Assembly: GCA_965228855.1 (NCBI GenBank)
Contig: CBDDIJ010000002.1
Coordinates: 352,001 to 416,000 of the forward strand
Reading direction: 5' to 3'
Source: Candidatus Obscuribacterales bacterium
Lineage (GTDB): Bacteria; Cyanobacteriota; Vampirovibrionia; Obscuribacterales; Obscuribacteraceae
DNA: 64,000 nucleotides
Positions 62,424-64,000 of the stretch are shown here, one piece after another. The first letter of the stretch is position 1. Each line of letters opens with the position of its first letter. Below the pieces are notes generated by a model. It saw only the letters and a program-made list of their open reading frames with translations, searched no databases and was not told the origin of the DNA. Both the position numbers and the translations under genes were made by a program.

Positions 62424-63608
62424 TCAGTACTTACCGTACCCGTTCGGATAGATCGGGTCGTAGCCCGGGACCTTCTCCATCAGAGCCTTCAGTTCGGCGG
62501 CGCGCTTCTCCTTCTCAGCCGCAGCCTCGGCGCTCAGACGAACCTGCGCTTCCTCGAGGTCCTTGCTCGTGAACGGTCCAGCCACGCCGAACGTGCGCCG
62601 AACCTTCGCGATCGCGGACTCGCCGGCAGCTTCACGAACCTGAGCAGCGGTGAAACCGCTATCGAGGTCGAACATGCTGCGAACGATTCTGCCGGACTCC
62701 TCACCACGCGAGAGAGCGATGGCAGACTCGCTGCAGTTGTTCTCGTCAATACCTTTGACGAGGTACTCGGAGTCACGAGCTCCCAGAGCCTCCGACAGCG
62801 AAGTTTCGCTGATCGGTCCGTTCAGGGAGAGGTCTTCACGCTGCAAGCGCAGGCGCTTCTCGCCGAGTTTCATCGCGAGCTCGTCGAACGTCCAGGTCTC
62901 GGGCAGCTTCTTTTCCGCAGCGAAGACTTTCTGAAGATGGGCGGCGACTGCCCGCTTCATGTCCTCGTAGCCGGCATCGCGTTTGAAGTCGTATTCCGCG
63001 CGAAACCAGCCTGAAGTCTCCGGTCCGGCGACTTCGCGATACTGCTCGTAGGCGAAACGAGCCGACAGCCCCGGATAGATTTTGACCTTCTCCTGAAGAA
63101 GCGCCTCGGCTTCCCGCTGGAAGTATTCGGTCGAGTCCTTCGGATAGTTGGTCATAACCCCCTTGGAGAGGTCGTAGCCATTCATATGACCGAACATGAA
63201 ACGGAGTTCGTCGCGACCCAGAGCCATGATGTAATCGCGCTCAGTGAAGCCGGTCGCCAATCCGAGGTACTCCATCCGCTCCGCGAGCCGATTGGCACCG
63301 ACTGCGCGACGCAGATCAGCGCAAGTAAAATTCGGACCGATGCTGTACCGGCGCCGAAGTTCCTGAATGGACCGCTCGCCGCTTGAACGCACGATATCCG
63401 CCTCGGTGAAGGCTTCGCCGACGCGATATGACTTCTGGATGGACTCGACTGCGAGGTCGCCGGCGCTCTTGCGAATCATCTCCGCGTCGAACTTGGCGGG
63501 CAGGTTGTGAGTGGCGCGCAGCGATTCGAGAGCATTACGCTCGGCGAACGCACTGGTCGAGAGAACCGCGGTGAAAGCGACCGAGAGAAGGAGAGCCAAC
63601 TTGCGCAT
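62424..63608 (-). CDS. Secreted protein built from approximately 27-aa internal repeats
   Basis: Signal peptide MRKLALL...AFA; recurring L/V-x3-F-T-x2-D/E-x5-G motif. Confidence 0.75.
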   Translation of the reverse strand: MRKLALLLSVAFTAVLSTSAFAERNALESLRATHNLPAKFDAEMIRKSAGDLAVESIQKSYRVGEAFTEADIVRSSGERSIQELRRRYSIGPNFTCADLRRAVGANRLAERMEYLGLATGFTERDYIMALGRDELRFMFGHMNGYDLSKGVMTNYPKDSTEYFQREAEALLQEKVKIYPGLSARFAYEQYREVAGPETSGWFRAEYDFKRDAGYEDMKRAVAAHLQKVFAAEKKLPETWTFDELAMKLGEKRLRLQREDLSLNGPISETSLSEALGARDSEYLVKGIDENNCSESAIALSRGEESGRIVRSMFDLDSGFTAAQVREAAGESAIAKVRRTFGVAGPFTSKDLEEAQVRLSAEAAAEKEKRAAELKALMEKVPGYDPIYPNGYGKY

Positions 63609-64000
63609 TTGAAGACCTATCGATTTGAGGTTCAAGAATGCGAACCCAGCTATTCGACCGCAAGTCAAACCCAGAATTCCATCAAAGTCGTACACCCAGA
63701 CCAATCCCAGAAGCGTTGCGGCAACTGGCAGTGGTTTGGATTAGTGACGATGACGGTGTTCTGGTTTTGTGTACGACGCATAGATGAGTTCAGTGAAGGA
63801 CTTGAACCTACACGCGCAAACGGTTTAAACCTAAGAAAATCGGTTGCAAAACCGACACCACGCGCACCATCAGTGGTGCAATTACGCAATCGCATGCTCA
63901 CCAGTATCACGTGACCGGTAACGTTCCCGTCACGCCCTTCCGCCTCCTACTATGGAAAACCCAGTTCATTTTTCGAGCGTGTAATCGAAGGGTGGCGACC

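Overview
Bacterial chromosomal window with no rRNA, tRNA, CRISPR array or transposase recognised. The gene style (BtpA, archaeal-type ProS, MshEN-repeat proteins) suggests a non-photosynthetic cyanobacterial relative such as Melainabacteria/Obscuribacterales; this is inference only. Two gene classes alternate. (i) Ordinary host-like blocks: CusA/CusB-like RND pump with PII, response regulator and kinase; tldD/pmbA; proS; btpA; HDAC; S41 protease; an atypical tyrosine recombinase. (ii) Visibly more C/G-ending-codon operons with long AT-rich upstream regions and hairpin-packed spacers: HAD/truD, nitroreductase/CoA-ligase/HAD, cdd/bfd, nadD/M28, an SPFH pair, ftsH/rseP and an mxaCKLA-like cluster. 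The most striking signal is a dispersed intergenic element of about 240 bp at 10 loci (12 full cores plus one half core), always at gene 3' ends and mostly closing class (ii) operons. It has a fixed-length 52-bp four-box dyad core (TGKCTAYS-N5-box-N10-box-N5-SRTAGMCA) flanked by inverted CTACTATA/TATAGTAG arm sites. The linkers are unrelated in sequence, but their lengths fall in steps of about one helical turn. Local tandem duplications end at the arm motif. This looks like an undescribed nucleoprotein or recombination-type site system; its function is not shown by the sequence.
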